Below are positions 29,006 through 38,175 of a stretch of 64,000 bases of DNA, one piece after another. The position numbers and the translations under genes are program-made. Positions within the stretch are counted from its first letter, which is position 1. Each line of letters begins with the position of its first letter. This stretch comes from an uncultured Ignavibacteriales bacterium (GTDB taxonomy: Bacteria > Zixibacteria > MSB-5A5 > GN15 > FEB-12). A model generated the notes under the pieces. The model had not been told where the DNA came from, searched no databases, and worked only from the letters and a program-made list of their open reading frames with translations. The stretch spans positions 1,790-65,789 of the forward strand of contig CAZJCK010000004.1 in the NCBI GenBank assembly GCA_964544635.1. The letters run 5' to 3'.

Positions 29006-29433
29006 TGTTTCTCCACCGCTTCGTGCATTATCGCTTTGAGCGTTTGTTCGACATTCTCGGCCAGATCCTCCAGCTCTTTTCCAGGCATGAGCTGGGCGAT
29101 CATCGATGGCCGCCCCAGCGACACAACTGTCTTGCCGGCCTGCTCATACACCGAGTACCGACACGGCATGAACAGGGCCACGCCGGTGTCCTTTGCCAGG
29201 GCCTGGTGGGCGAAGCCGGCATTGCAGACCTCGATGATTTTCAAAGGCCCGCGCTCAAACCCCTTTTCGGCCAGCGTTTCCCGGACATCGTGGACCGCCA
29301 GCACGCGAAAGGAGTGGTTCGGGGGAATCGTTTCGAGTGCCTCGGTAACCTTGTCAAATGGTTTGTCGGTTTCGATCGTGTACGCTATATCTATACTGTT
29401 CATGGTGTTAGTCATTGTATTCGGTCCTTTCAT
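29002..29433 (-). CDS. DUF302 domain protein
   Basis: 143-aa ORF with ...SFRVLAVHDVRETLAEKGFERGPLKIIEVCNAGFAHQAL...ALFMPCRYSVYE..., matching the DUF302 pattern. The start is ambiguous (ATG 29433, 29415 or 29403). Confidence 0.8.
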   Translation of the reverse strand: MKGPNTMTNTMNSIDIAYTIETDKPFDKVTEALETIPPNHSFRVLAVHDVRETLAEKGFERGPLKIIEVCNAGFAHQALAKDTGVALFMPCRYSVYEQAGKTVVSLGRPSMIAQLMPGKELEDLAENVEQTLKAIMHEAVEKQ

Positions 29434-29472
29434 TCCTCTTTGTTAGATATACGAAACGGCCTAATGATTCAG

Positions 29473-29892
29473 CTAATCCTTCAGGATTTCATAGCTGGTA
29501 ACGACCTTGCACTCCATCGCCGCCGTCAGGCTGACCGCGCAGTACTTCTCCTGCGACAACGTAATGGCCTGCTCGAGCTTCTTGTGGTCGAGGTCCTCCC
29601 CCCTGAAGATGTACTTTATCTCTATGACTTCAAACGGCTTAGGGTATTCGTCCGGCTGCCGCCCGGTAACCTCCAGCTCGAAATGAGTCACTTTCTGGCG
29701 CATCTTCTCGAGCATTTTCAAAACGTCCATCCCGGTACAACCGGCCACGCCGAACAGCAGCAATTCAGTCGGTTTAGCGCCTTCTTCGTTGCCGCCCACT
29801 TTTTTGGCGCCATCGGTAACGACTTTATTACCAAAAACCCCGGTTCCCTCGAACTTTAATCCACCCTGCCAGGTCGTCTTAATTGTAAGCAT
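29473..29892 (-). CDS. OsmC-family peroxiredoxin-like protein
   Basis: 139-aa ORF with the two conserved Cys contexts ...LLLFGVAGCTGMDV... and ...SQEKYCAVS.... Confidence 0.88.
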   Translation of the reverse strand: MLTIKTTWQGGLKFEGTGVFGNKVVTDGAKKVGGNEEGAKPTELLLFGVAGCTGMDVLKMLEKMRQKVTHFELEVTGRQPDEYPKPFEVIEIKYIFRGEDLDHKKLEQAITLSQEKYCAVSLTAAMECKVVTSYEILKD

Positions 29893-30070
29893 GTGTATTT
29901 TTCTCCCAGTTCATTTGCTCTATATTATGGAAGGTCAAGTCGTACCGCAATACTTGTACGTCGTCAACAGAGATCTGCACCCGCGGCGGCTCCTCGACCG
30001 CAACTCATACTGACAGCATATCGATGTAACATGGAAGTTACCGATAAAGTGTCGGAGTTTGGGGGATAAT

Positions 30071-30790
30071 ATGGCAGGCGAATTTGCGAACTCATGCCCG
30101 GCATGTAGTACCATCAGTCAACACCGGCAGTCGATTGAAGCCGATTTTTTCAATCTGTCCGGACATTACCAGCAGCAACGTACACTGAGTGAGGGCCAGT
30201 TCGTCTTCCGTGAGGGCCAGACCAGCGATACCGTCTACTGCGTCCACACCGGCCAGATCAAATTGTCGCGTTCTGCGCCCGGCGTGCAGCAGGTGCTGCG
30301 GCTGGTGACCCCCGGTTACCTGTTCGGTCATCGGGCGGCAGTGGTCGGGGAGGCCTATCAGTTGACCGCCCAGGCCTCGGAGCCAACCACTGTCTGCGCC
30401 ACCGGCGCCGAACTCTTCCGCCATCTGCTCCGTATGGACAGTGCATTCGCCGCCCGGGTACTCGAGCAACTGGCCGGCACCCTGAGCGAAGCGGAGGATC
30501 GCATTGTTTCGCTGGCCCATGATTCGGTACGGCGGCGCTGCGCCAAGATGCTCCTGTATCTGCGCCGCGGCCCCGAGGTTTCGGCAATCTCGGCCAACGA
30601 GGTTCGTCCCGGCCTGCGACGCATTGAAATGGCTCAGATGATCGGGACCACGCCTGAAACGCTGTCGCGCACCCTGCACACCCTGGCCAGGCAGGACCTG
30701 ATTGAAATCAGTCGTACCGATATTCGTATCCTCAATCCAGAAGCACTCGAGCAGATCGCCGGTTCGCCCGAAGAGGCAACTGTTTCGTAG
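30071..30790 (+). CDS. Crp/Fnr-family transcriptional regulator
   Basis: ORF 30059..30790 (TTG). I prefer ATG 30071. It has a cNMP-binding-like beta-roll (...FVFREGQTSDTVYCVHTGQIKL...) and a C-terminal HTH (...RIEMAQMIGTTPETLSRTLHTLARQDLI...). There is an N-terminal C-P-A-C pair. Confidence 0.85.
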   Translation: MAGEFANSCPACSTISQHRQSIEADFFNLSGHYQQQRTLSEGQFVFREGQTSDTVYCVHTGQIKLSRSAPGVQQVLRLVTPGYLFGHRAAVVGEAYQLTAQASEPTTVCATGAELFRHLLRMDSAFAARVLEQLAGTLSEAEDRIVSLAHDSVRRRCAKMLLYLRRGPEVSAISANEVRPGLRRIEMAQMIGTTPETLSRTLHTLARQDLIEISRTDIRILNPEALEQIAGSPEEATVS

Positions 30791-30920
30791 GTGCCGACGG
30801 CAAAAGGTGGCGCTGTAATTCGCATTTCGATCTTGTTACTCAGCGGAAACGATCACCTTTGCGCACGGTTATGGATAGTGAACCGAAAACTCCGCCGCAA
30901 AGGAGGCATCGCTGCGCTCT

Positions 30921-31271
30921 GTGTATCTTCTGCTGGCGATTGTCGGCCTGCTGTTGCCGTACAGCCAGTTCATACCATTTCTGACCGCCCACGGTTTCGA
31001 CGTCGGCCTGTTCTTTGACCAACTCTTCACCAACCGTATCAGCACGTTCTTTGCCTACGACCTGTTCATCTCGGCCGTCGTCGTCATAGTGTATGCCGTG
31101 TCGGAGAGCGCCCGCCTGAAAGTGAAACATGTCTGGTTGCCGATTGTCGGCACCGTTGTCGTCGGAGTATCGTTCGGCCTGCCGCTGTTCCTGTACCTGC
31201 GCGAGTTGAACCTGACGGTGCAGCAGGCATCCGACGCTGCCCCCAAAGACAACGGCGGCCGACAGGAATAG
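30921..31271 (+). CDS. small membrane protein, DUF2834-like
   Basis: 116-aa ORF (GTG start) reading MYLLLAIVGLLLPYSQFIPFLTAHGFDVGLFFDQLF...GLPLFLYLRE. The pattern is as I recall for DUF2834. The start codon is uncertain. Confidence 0.55.
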   Translation: MYLLLAIVGLLLPYSQFIPFLTAHGFDVGLFFDQLFTNRISTFFAYDLFISAVVVIVYAVSESARLKVKHVWLPIVGTVVVGVSFGLPLFLYLRELNLTVQQASDAAPKDNGGRQE

Positions 31272-31311
31272 CTCCGGCCGGCCGCGTTCAGGCTATCGTC
31301 GATCTACCTGA

Positions 31312-32739
31312 TTACAGTTTGAAATAGTCTTCGAGGTTGAGTTCGAACCCTTTCGGAGTGTACTCCCCCTTCTCTTTGTTCAGCTGATAGTCGCCAACCG
31401 TTTCATCGTCGGCAATCTTCTTGATCATCTCCACAAACCGATCGACTTCCTCTTTGGTATTGTAGATGCCGAACGACATCCGAATAGTCCCCGGCAGGTT
31501 GGAGCGATCGCGCTGCAGGATCTGGCGTTCGAGTTCTTTCGAGTCTTCGTCGCCGACCTTCAGCAGTTCCTTCACATACAGGTGCGCGCAGAAGCAGCCG
31601 GAACGCACGCCGATGGCACCCTCATACGACAGCATCGCCGCCACCAGGGCGTGCGGTTTCCCCTCCACGTTGAGCGAAATGACGCCGAGGCGATTGCGCG
31701 CGTTGTCGGGATCGGAGTCGCCGTACACGTGCACCGCGGGAATCTCTTTCAGTTTCTGCAGGGCATAGCGTGTCAATTCCGCTTCGTGGTTGATGATGCC
31801 ATCCCAGCCGAGCGACTGGAACAGGCGGATCGCTCGCGAGGTTGCGACCACGCCGACGATATCGGGGGTGCCGGCCTCTTCCTTTTCCGGGAGGTCGGTC
31901 CAGTAAGCTTCCTCGAGGGTGACGATATCGACCACCCCGCCACCGACCTCCAGCGGATCACCCTGCTCGAAAGTATCGCGGTCGCCGACCAGCACGCCGA
32001 CACCAAACGGTGCGTACATCTTGTGCGCCGAGAAGACCAGGTAGTCGATCCGATGCACCGGATCGGCCGGTTTCATGTTGACCGGACGGTGCGGTATCAA
32101 CTGGGCGCCGTCGACCAATATCCGCGCCCCGATGTTATGGGCTTCTTTGGCGAAGTAGTCGATGTCGTTGATATAGCCGGTCACGTTGGAAGCGCCGGAG
32201 ATAGCGACCAGCTTGACACGGTCCTTGAAGTTGTCGAGCAGAAACTTGAAGTGATCCTTGTCGATCGTACCGTCGGGATTCAACCCGACATGGGCAACCC
32301 GGCCGGCGCGCCGCCACGGCAATTCATTGGAGTGGTGCTCCATCAGGGTGGTCAGGATGACATCTTTTGGTGACAGGCTCAGACGGTTGGCCAGCTTGTT
32401 GATCGCCTCGGTGGAATTCTTGGTGAACAGAACCACCTGCCGCTGCAGGTCGGCGCCGACAAACTCGGCGCAAATCTCCCGGGCCTTCTCGAACGCCCAG
32501 CTCGAAAGCTGCGACTTGAAGCCGGTGCCGCGGTGCACATTGGAATACCACTGCAGAAACTCGGTAACCGCCTCGGCGATCGGCTTGAAGGTGGGGGTAG
32601 AGGCGGCATTGTCGAAGTTGATATATCGCTTCTCACCATTCAGCGTCGGTACGTCGGTATCGTGTCCGATCAGCAGTTCGGGCAAATCATCGATCTTCAA
32701 GGTACTGACATCAATGGTCGGTTTGGCCAGCGTGGGCAT
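31312..32739 (-). CDS. class-V PLP enzyme, cysteine desulfurase/selenocysteine lyase-like
   Basis: 475-aa ORF with ...DYLVFSAHKMYAPFGVGVLVG... (PLP Lys) and ...GVRSGCFCAHLY... (active-site Cys context). AAGGAG lies 7 nt upstream of ATG 32739. Confidence 0.78.
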   Translation of the reverse strand: MPTLAKPTIDVSTLKIDDLPELLIGHDTDVPTLNGEKRYINFDNAASTPTFKPIAEAVTEFLQWYSNVHRGTGFKSQLSSWAFEKAREICAEFVGADLQRQVVLFTKNSTEAINKLANRLSLSPKDVILTTLMEHHSNELPWRRAGRVAHVGLNPDGTIDKDHFKFLLDNFKDRVKLVAISGASNVTGYINDIDYFAKEAHNIGARILVDGAQLIPHRPVNMKPADPVHRIDYLVFSAHKMYAPFGVGVLVGDRDTFEQGDPLEVGGGVVDIVTLEEAYWTDLPEKEEAGTPDIVGVVATSRAIRLFQSLGWDGIINHEAELTRYALQKLKEIPAVHVYGDSDPDNARNRLGVISLNVEGKPHALVAAMLSYEGAIGVRSGCFCAHLYVKELLKVGDEDSKELERQILQRDRSNLPGTIRMSFGIYNTKEEVDRFVEMIKKIADDETVGDYQLNKEKGEYTPKGFELNLEDYFKL

Positions 32740-32763
32740 ATGTCCACTCCTTTATGTTGAGCT

Positions 32764-32791
32764 ATTGTATTGTCTGGCTGGAATATAACAA
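32764..32791 (-). promoter_or_regulatory. candidate sigma-70-type promoter of the desulfurase-like gene
   Basis: The minus strand reads TTGTTA (32791-32786), a 16-nt spacer, then TACAAT (32769-32764). It lies immediately downstream of the GT4 terminator. Confidence 0.35.
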
Positions 32792-32801
32792 GAAATGAAG
32801 G

Positions 32802-32826
32802 AAAAGAAAAGCCGGACAGTCCGGCT
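32802..32826 (-). terminator. rho-independent terminator of the GT4 gene
   Basis: The minus strand reads AGCCGG-actgt-CCGGCT followed by TTTTCTTTT. It begins 5 nt after the stop at 32831. Confidence 0.55.
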
Positions 32827-32830
32827 TTCG

Positions 32831-34045
32831 TTACTGCAACGTACGGACCACCGTGAGATACTTGTCAGCCCATACTTCCCGACGATGATAGCGGGACACA
32901 TGCTCATGGTACTTGCGGCCCAGCATCTCACCGTCAATCTCACCCGTCTTCAGCTTCATGATAATCTCGCAAAGCTCTTCGGGCGAATCGGCCGGGTAGG
33001 TAAGCGCACCACCGGCAACCTCGAGTTCGCTGATGGCTTCGCCCTGGGCGGAGCCGAAGATGATTGGACGGCCGGAGGCCATGTATTCGAACATTTTCGA
33101 CGGAAACGCCATTTTGGCGACCTTGACTTCTTTGAGCGTTTCGACCAGCACGTCGCCCGACTTCAAGAACTGCGGGATCGTCTCGAGCGGCTGCGGTCCG
33201 ACAAAGCGGACATTCTTGAGGCCGTAGTCACGGACCATGTTCTCCAGCGCCTGCTTCTTCTGACCGGCGCCGATGAAGATGAACAGGATATCCGGCTGAT
33301 CGGCCAGCTTGCGGGCTGCCTCAACCAGCGTTTCCAGCGGCCGAACCCAGCCGAGCGTGCCGGAATAGACGACGAGAAACTTACCGTCCCAGCCATACCG
33401 TTCCCGGATACCGTTGCTTTCGGCGTTGATAAAATCGTGACTGACACCCGACTTGATCGTCGCCACCCGCTTCGGCGAAATGCCGATCGCTTCCATGTAT
33501 CGCGAGATACCGTCGGTAACCGATACAATCTGGTCGGCCTTATAGTACAACCAGTGCATCATGGCGCGGAGCCCACGGGTGAACAGGCCACGGTTGAGAT
33601 TACCGAAGTCTTCACTTGATTCCGGCTGCAGGTCGCGGACCTCGATGATAAAGCGGGTCCGTTTCAGGCGCGAAAGCAAGAATCCGATCACCGGCGAGGT
33701 TACCGGCGGCGACGAGGCCAGCACAATATCGAACTTGTCTTTCAGCCGGAACGAGTTGATCAGGGTGGTCAGCAGGAAAACGACAAAGCCAATCATCCGC
33801 TTACCCGGATACTGGTTCGAGGCGGGCAGAACATAGCTGCGGTAGACCTTGACACCGTCCATTTCTTCCTTGAAAAAGAAATGCCCCCGATACTTCGGCG
33901 GCACAACTCCATCCGGGTAGTTCGGGATGGCGGTCATAACCGAGACATCTTCACCGTTCTTGACAAAATACCGGGCGAACTCGAAAAGCCGCCTGACCGC
34001 CCCTTTTTCCGGCGGAAAGTGTTGTGTAACAATGAGAATTCGCAT
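32831..34045 (-). CDS. family-4 (GT-B) glycosyltransferase, WcaI-like
   Basis: 404-aa ORF with N-terminus MRILIVTQHFPPEKGAVRRLFEF... and a C-terminal ...FPSKMFEYMASGRPII... (EX7E-type region). Confidence 0.85.
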   Translation of the reverse strand: MRILIVTQHFPPEKGAVRRLFEFARYFVKNGEDVSVMTAIPNYPDGVVPPKYRGHFFFKEEMDGVKVYRSYVLPASNQYPGKRMIGFVVFLLTTLINSFRLKDKFDIVLASSPPVTSPVIGFLLSRLKRTRFIIEVRDLQPESSEDFGNLNRGLFTRGLRAMMHWLYYKADQIVSVTDGISRYMEAIGISPKRVATIKSGVSHDFINAESNGIRERYGWDGKFLVVYSGTLGWVRPLETLVEAARKLADQPDILFIFIGAGQKKQALENMVRDYGLKNVRFVGPQPLETIPQFLKSGDVLVETLKEVKVAKMAFPSKMFEYMASGRPIIFGSAQGEAISELEVAGGALTYPADSPEELCEIIMKLKTGEIDGEMLGRKYHEHVSRYHRREVWADKYLTVVRTLQ

Positions 34046-34119
34046 ATTGCACCGATTTAAATTCTACCCGATTGTGCCGGTTGACGCAAGGGCTTTTTTG
34101 AGGCCAAAGCTTGAGAAAA

Positions 34120-34135
34120 TTGTAACAAATTACAA
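34120..34135. promoter_or_regulatory. 16-bp perfect palindrome TTGTAA-caaa-TTACAA, possible operator upstream of the cytochrome gene
   Basis: Seen directly in sequence. It lies 11 nt upstream of the candidate -35 element at 34146. Confidence 0.3.
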
Positions 34136-34145
34136 CAACTGATGC

Positions 34146-34174
34146 TTGACTGCATGGGCAGGAAAGTATATTTT
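34146..34174 (+). promoter_or_regulatory. candidate sigma-70-type promoter of the cytochrome c gene
   Basis: TTGACT (34146-34151) followed by TATATT at a 15-nt spacing or TATTTT at a 17-nt spacing. It is about 85 nt upstream of ATG 34258. Confidence 0.35.
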
Positions 34175-34257
34175 TCAACGACTGGAAAGAAGACCATTTT
34201 TTTAGTGTATAACTAACACAATCGGTAATTGTGAGAGGTACAAGAGAGGTAATGACC

Positions 34258-34776
34258 ATGCGTAAACCGACCATCATCGCGCTGCTCATCATGGGGCTGA
34301 TGGGTCTCTGGCTGGTAACGGCCGTCGCCCAGGAAGCCGAAAAGGCAAATGAACATGAGTACGTCGGCTCCAACAAGTGCAAAATCTGTCATAAGGACGT
34401 CTACGAGGCCTGGGAACAGACCGGCCACGCCACCACCTTCGCTGATCTGACCGAAGAAGAGCAGAAGAAGGAAGAGTGCTACGTTTGCCATATCACCGGC
34501 ACCGATGCCGATGGCGAAATGCTGACCGACGTGGGCTGCGAGGCCTGTCACGGTCCGGGTTCTGATTACAAGTCGCCCAAGGTGAAGTCGAAGAAGAAAT
34601 GGGCGGAGAATCCTGAAGAAATGCGCAAGCTGGCCCAGGAAGCCGGCCTGATTTCGGTGCCGAGTGCTGAAGACTGCACGCAGTGTCACAAGAAGGAAGG
34701 CAACCCGAACTTCAAGCCGTTTGACTACGAAGAAATGAAAGACAAGGTCCACCCGATCAAGGCCGAAGAAGGCTAA
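34258..34776 (+). CDS. tetrahaem c-type cytochrome (secreted)
   Basis: ORF 34231..34776. I prefer ATG 34258 because AAGAGAGG lies 8 nt upstream. It has a signal peptide MRKPTIIALLIMGLMGLWLVTAVAQ and four CxxCH motifs (CKICH, CYVCH, CEACH, CTQCH). Confidence 0.85.
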   Translation: MRKPTIIALLIMGLMGLWLVTAVAQEAEKANEHEYVGSNKCKICHKDVYEAWEQTGHATTFADLTEEEQKKEECYVCHITGTDADGEMLTDVGCEACHGPGSDYKSPKVKSKKKWAENPEEMRKLAQEAGLISVPSAEDCTQCHKKEGNPNFKPFDYEEMKDKVHPIKAEEG

Positions 34777-34803
34777 GCAACCCGGTTGGCACAGAGTAAA
34801 GCA

Positions 34804-34834
34804 AAAGCCGGAAGGTTGACCACCTTCCGGCTTT
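34804..34834. terminator. bidirectional rho-independent terminator between convergent genes
   Basis: AAAGCCGGAAGGT-tgacc-ACCTTCCGGCTTT, a perfect 13-bp stem with an A-run on one side and a T-run on the other. It lies between the stops at 34776 (+) and 34860 (-). Confidence 0.65.
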
Positions 34835-34859
34835 TTCTATGCTCGTCACTTGCCCGTCG

Positions 34860-35423
34860 TCAGTATTCAGGGAGGGTAAATGTCCGCACGCTGACCCAGC
34901 GATCCCCGCGCAGCGGCGTGATCAGGTCAATCTTGTTGCAGGTAAACGACTCCGTCGGCAGGTAGGGGACGATCTTCTCTTTTACCAGCAGTACCCGGTG
35001 GCTGGAGATTTCCCGGGCTACCGTCACATGCGGAATGTAGTTACGGTGCGGCAGTGAAAGCTCCAACTTGGCGCTCAACTTGTAGTACAACGTCGAGAGT
35101 ATCTGATTTTCCTTCACCTTCCAGTAGATCTCCGGAACCTTGGGATAGAAGTCGCCGATACTGTCGAGTTCGACCTCGAACGCCGGCACCGATTCCAGCT
35201 CATCACTTACCCGGATGGCCAGTTGATCGACCGGGCCGTCGTACTGAAATGGAAAGACGATGCAGATATGCGACGGTATTGCCTTGTAGATGGGATCATA
35301 TTTTTCGCGCAGCGGCACAACGTACTGATCCAGGGCGCGCGGCAGGAACGTGACCAGTGAATAGGTTGCATTATCGTCGTCGCTCAAATAGCGCGAATGG
35401 AATGTCGTGTCAAAGAAGGCCAT
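34860..35423 (-). CDS. 2H phosphoesterase superfamily protein (LigT / 2'-5' RNA ligase-like)
   Basis: 187-aa ORF with two H-x-T/S-x-type motifs (...PSHICIVFPF... and ...IPHVTVAREI...) at the expected spacing. The first motif is non-canonical (HxCx). Confidence 0.6.
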   Translation of the reverse strand: MAFFDTTFHSRYLSDDDNATYSLVTFLPRALDQYVVPLREKYDPIYKAIPSHICIVFPFQYDGPVDQLAIRVSDELESVPAFEVELDSIGDFYPKVPEIYWKVKENQILSTLYYKLSAKLELSLPHRNYIPHVTVAREISSHRVLLVKEKIVPYLPTESFTCNKIDLITPLRGDRWVSVRTFTLPEY

Positions 35424-35431
35424 GTGTTGTT

Positions 35432-36874
35432 TTATTTGTAGAATTGAATTTCTATACGTCGATTGCGCGCCCGTCCTTCGCGAGTATCGTTGGAGGCGAT
35501 GAAGTTCGTTTCACCCCCTCCATGTACCTGCATGCGGTCGGTATCCACACCAAGCAATACGAGGTAATCGCGAACCCGGTTGGCGCGCTTTTCGGACAAC
35601 TGACGGTTGGCGGCTTCGGTCCCGATGTTGTCGGTATACCCGCTGATCTCGAGCTTTATCTGGGGGACAAAGTTAAGCAAACGCGAAAGCTGGCGCAACC
35701 GTTCCCGATTGCTCGGATCGATTTCAAACGACCCCGGCACATAGTCGATGTGCAGCACCATCGTCTCGCCCAGCATCGACAGGTCGATGCAGCCGTAGCG
35801 ATCGACTTCCGCCGACGGCAGGGTGTTCGGGCAGTCGTCGAGACCGTCCGGCACGCTGTCACCATCGCTGTCGACCGGACAGCCGTCGGCGCCGACAATG
35901 GCGCCGACCCGGTTGTACGGGCAACTGTCACGAAAGTCCGGAATACCGTCGTAATCGGAATCAACCGGGCAACCGTGAATACCGATGGTTTGCCGCGCCG
36001 CCAGGTCGGTGCCGTCGCAATAGTCATGGCTGTCATACACGCCATCACCGTCGGAATCGGCGGTATCGCTGCCGATGACAAAGCCCCGCGTGGTCTCCAG
36101 CGTGGGCGTGGCATCGCTGCTGGTGACCAGCAGATCGGTCGATTCCCGGCGCACCACCGGTTGATCCTGGCTGGAACTCCAGATTGTTTCTTCGAACGGT
36201 TCGTTGCGGATGGTCTTGTTACGACCGAAGAAATAGCGCACGTTCAGGTTGAGCGAGATAATGACATCATCGCGCCCCAGCGCCAGCGGATCGTCGAACT
36301 CGACCCCCCGGCCGGTCAGGTAGTCGAGATCAAACTGGCTGCCGACCTCGATCACCGGCGTGACAAAGTACGACAGCGACGCTCCCCCGGAGAGAAACAG
36401 TTCGTCGGCCGCAAAGTCGACCGTGTCGGTGTCATTCCTGGCTACCCGCAGCACCTCACCGGTGTTTGGATCCTTCACTTTCCACGACAACAGGCCGGCA
36501 CCGACGCCAATCGACAGGCCGAGATTCTTCTGTGCCCAGAGATCGAGCTTCCACAACCGCGCCCCAACACGCCACGCCTCGAATTCCTGGCTGGTGTGCT
36601 CGGCATCGTGCCAGGGCAGGAAACTGAAGCTGGAGGTAGTATCGTCGGCGAAGGTATAGCGGCGCAGGGTCAGGTCAAACCCCCAGTTATCGTGAAACTG
36701 GTAGCCGACACCGCCACCGAATGCAGGCTGGAAGGTGTAGCCGGCTGCCGAGCCGCCGGTCATGGTGGTCATACCCCCGCCAAGCGTCAGGCTGAACCTG
36801 TTCTTTGCATCTGCCGACGGCAGCACCAGACAGAGGGCGACGGCTATAATCAGTATGCTCTTGAAGCGCCCCAT
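35432..36874 (-). CDS. OmpA-family outer-membrane protein with thrombospondin type-3 (Ca-binding) repeats
   Basis: Inside ORF 35432..36877. ATG 36874 (MGRFKSILIIAVALCLVLPSADA) overlaps the SpoIID stop (TGATG). It has an N-terminal beta-barrel, the repeats DSDGDGVYDSHDYC, DSDYDGIPDFRDSCP and DSDGDSVPDGLDDCP, and a C-terminal OmpA domain ...GYTDNIGTEAANRQLSEKRANRV.... Confidence 0.85.
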   Translation of the reverse strand: MGRFKSILIIAVALCLVLPSADAKNRFSLTLGGGMTTMTGGSAAGYTFQPAFGGGVGYQFHDNWGFDLTLRRYTFADDTTSSFSFLPWHDAEHTSQEFEAWRVGARLWKLDLWAQKNLGLSIGVGAGLLSWKVKDPNTGEVLRVARNDTDTVDFAADELFLSGGASLSYFVTPVIEVGSQFDLDYLTGRGVEFDDPLALGRDDVIISLNLNVRYFFGRNKTIRNEPFEETIWSSSQDQPVVRRESTDLLVTSSDATPTLETTRGFVIGSDTADSDGDGVYDSHDYCDGTDLAARQTIGIHGCPVDSDYDGIPDFRDSCPYNRVGAIVGADGCPVDSDGDSVPDGLDDCPNTLPSAEVDRYGCIDLSMLGETMVLHIDYVPGSFEIDPSNRERLRQLSRLLNFVPQIKLEISGYTDNIGTEAANRQLSEKRANRVRDYLVLLGVDTDRMQVHGGGETNFIASNDTREGRARNRRIEIQFYK

Positions 36875-38163
36875 CAATACAACTTCCGTACGTCAACCGA
36901 TGTATAGTAATGCGTCAGTATCTGATCAAATTTCCATCCCGTGCGCGACAGCCCGATGGCGCCGCACTGGCACATCCCCACGCCATGGCCGTAACCCCGG
37001 CCGCGGAAAGTCACCGCCGACAGTTCGCCACGGAAATCCCGATCGATATCGACCGAGAAGTTATCCGACGGCAGTATCAGGTCGGAGCGGGAGGTGCGAC
37101 GCACCACCCAGCGGATACGGTCTTTCGTAAATGTGAAGCTGTTGTTCTCGGTTTTGACAATCAGTCGCGCCACCCGTCCGCCCGGGGTTCGGTCCTCGGC
37201 GCGAACGTCGACAATCCGCCCGATCGACAGGTCGCGACCGCGGTCACTGGCCAGGTACTGCTCGATTCGGCTGCGCAATTGTGATTCTGTGAAGTGCTCG
37301 GTCCAGGTGTAATACTTCGACCAGGCACAGGCGCCGGAGTCGGCCACCGGTTTAAGGTAGGGCCGTTCGGGGCGATCCCAGACATGGGCGATGTCGTCGG
37401 TCATACCGCCACAAGTGGAGTGGTAATAGGCGTCGATAAAATCATTTTCGTACATGAGCACATGACCGGCGGTGGCATCGATAGCCCGATTGACCAGCAC
37501 GTTCTCCACTTCCATGCCGTGATACAACTGATCCATGATGCTCGACTTCAGATCGTACGGCTGGTTGCCGTATTGCTGCAGGTGGGCCATGGCATAGGTA
37601 CGGGCGGCAACCGCCTGGGCCTTGATTGATTCAATCTCCTCTTCGATGCGCGGGCCCAGCTCCGGCGGCACCACGCCACGCAGGTAGTCTTCCATGTAGA
37701 CGACATTGACGACGCGGACATTGCCGCCGTTGGGCAACAGTTTCAGGATGCCGCGATACCGATCCTTGCCGAACCACAGACGATTTTCGTTACCCCGCGG
37801 CAGCAGGTTGACCTCGTCGAGGCCTGACGCTATCTGCTGGCCACGGCTGACCGCGGTCAGCTTACCGTTACTGTTACGCACGCTGACCGGGTTGCTCGAA
37901 TAGTAGACCTGCTGCTGACCGTTGGTGAGACACTCGACAGCGAAGGCATGATCGGCACTGATGACGGCTTCGGCGTTGGATTCATCGAGCAGCACGCGCA
38001 CGAACGGTACCCGAATCGGATCGCCGCCGCTCTCATCGCGCAGCACCGGCACCGTGGCGCAACTGAAACAGAGGCAGACAATGGCCAGCACTGCCGCCAA
38101 CCGTCCGGCGATAACAAAGGCAGGGCGCGCTTGCCATGATTTTGTGGTCGTTTTCGTGGTCAT
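36874..38163 (-). CDS. SpoIID/LytB-domain protein (peptidoglycan remodelling)
   Basis: 429-aa ORF with ...AQAVAARTYA..., ...YHSTCGGMT... and ...GHGVGMCQCGA... hallmark motifs. Confidence 0.85.
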   Translation of the reverse strand: MTTKTTTKSWQARPAFVIAGRLAAVLAIVCLCFSCATVPVLRDESGGDPIRVPFVRVLLDESNAEAVISADHAFAVECLTNGQQQVYYSSNPVSVRNSNGKLTAVSRGQQIASGLDEVNLLPRGNENRLWFGKDRYRGILKLLPNGGNVRVVNVVYMEDYLRGVVPPELGPRIEEEIESIKAQAVAARTYAMAHLQQYGNQPYDLKSSIMDQLYHGMEVENVLVNRAIDATAGHVLMYENDFIDAYYHSTCGGMTDDIAHVWDRPERPYLKPVADSGACAWSKYYTWTEHFTESQLRSRIEQYLASDRGRDLSIGRIVDVRAEDRTPGGRVARLIVKTENNSFTFTKDRIRWVVRRTSRSDLILPSDNFSVDIDRDFRGELSAVTFRGRGYGHGVGMCQCGAIGLSRTGWKFDQILTHYYTSVDVRKLY

Positions 38164-38175
38164 CTCTCTATTGCC

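Noticed and set aside
28499-29446. 315-aa plus-strand ORF spanning the FmdB / small membrane / DUF302 region, and the 164-aa minus ORF 28305..28799.
   Set aside because: The first lies antisense to four short genes that each have recognisable family motifs, start/stop coupling and a terminator. The translations are low-complexity (Ser/Ala/Pro/Arg-rich).
30026-30041. GTAAC-atggaa-GTTAC inverted repeat 30 nt upstream of the Crp/Fnr gene start, a possible autoregulatory site.
   Set aside because: The arms are only 5 bp, it occurs once, and it does not match the CRP (TGTGA-N6-TCACA) or FNR (TTGAT-N4-ATCAA) half-sites. That is too weak to call.
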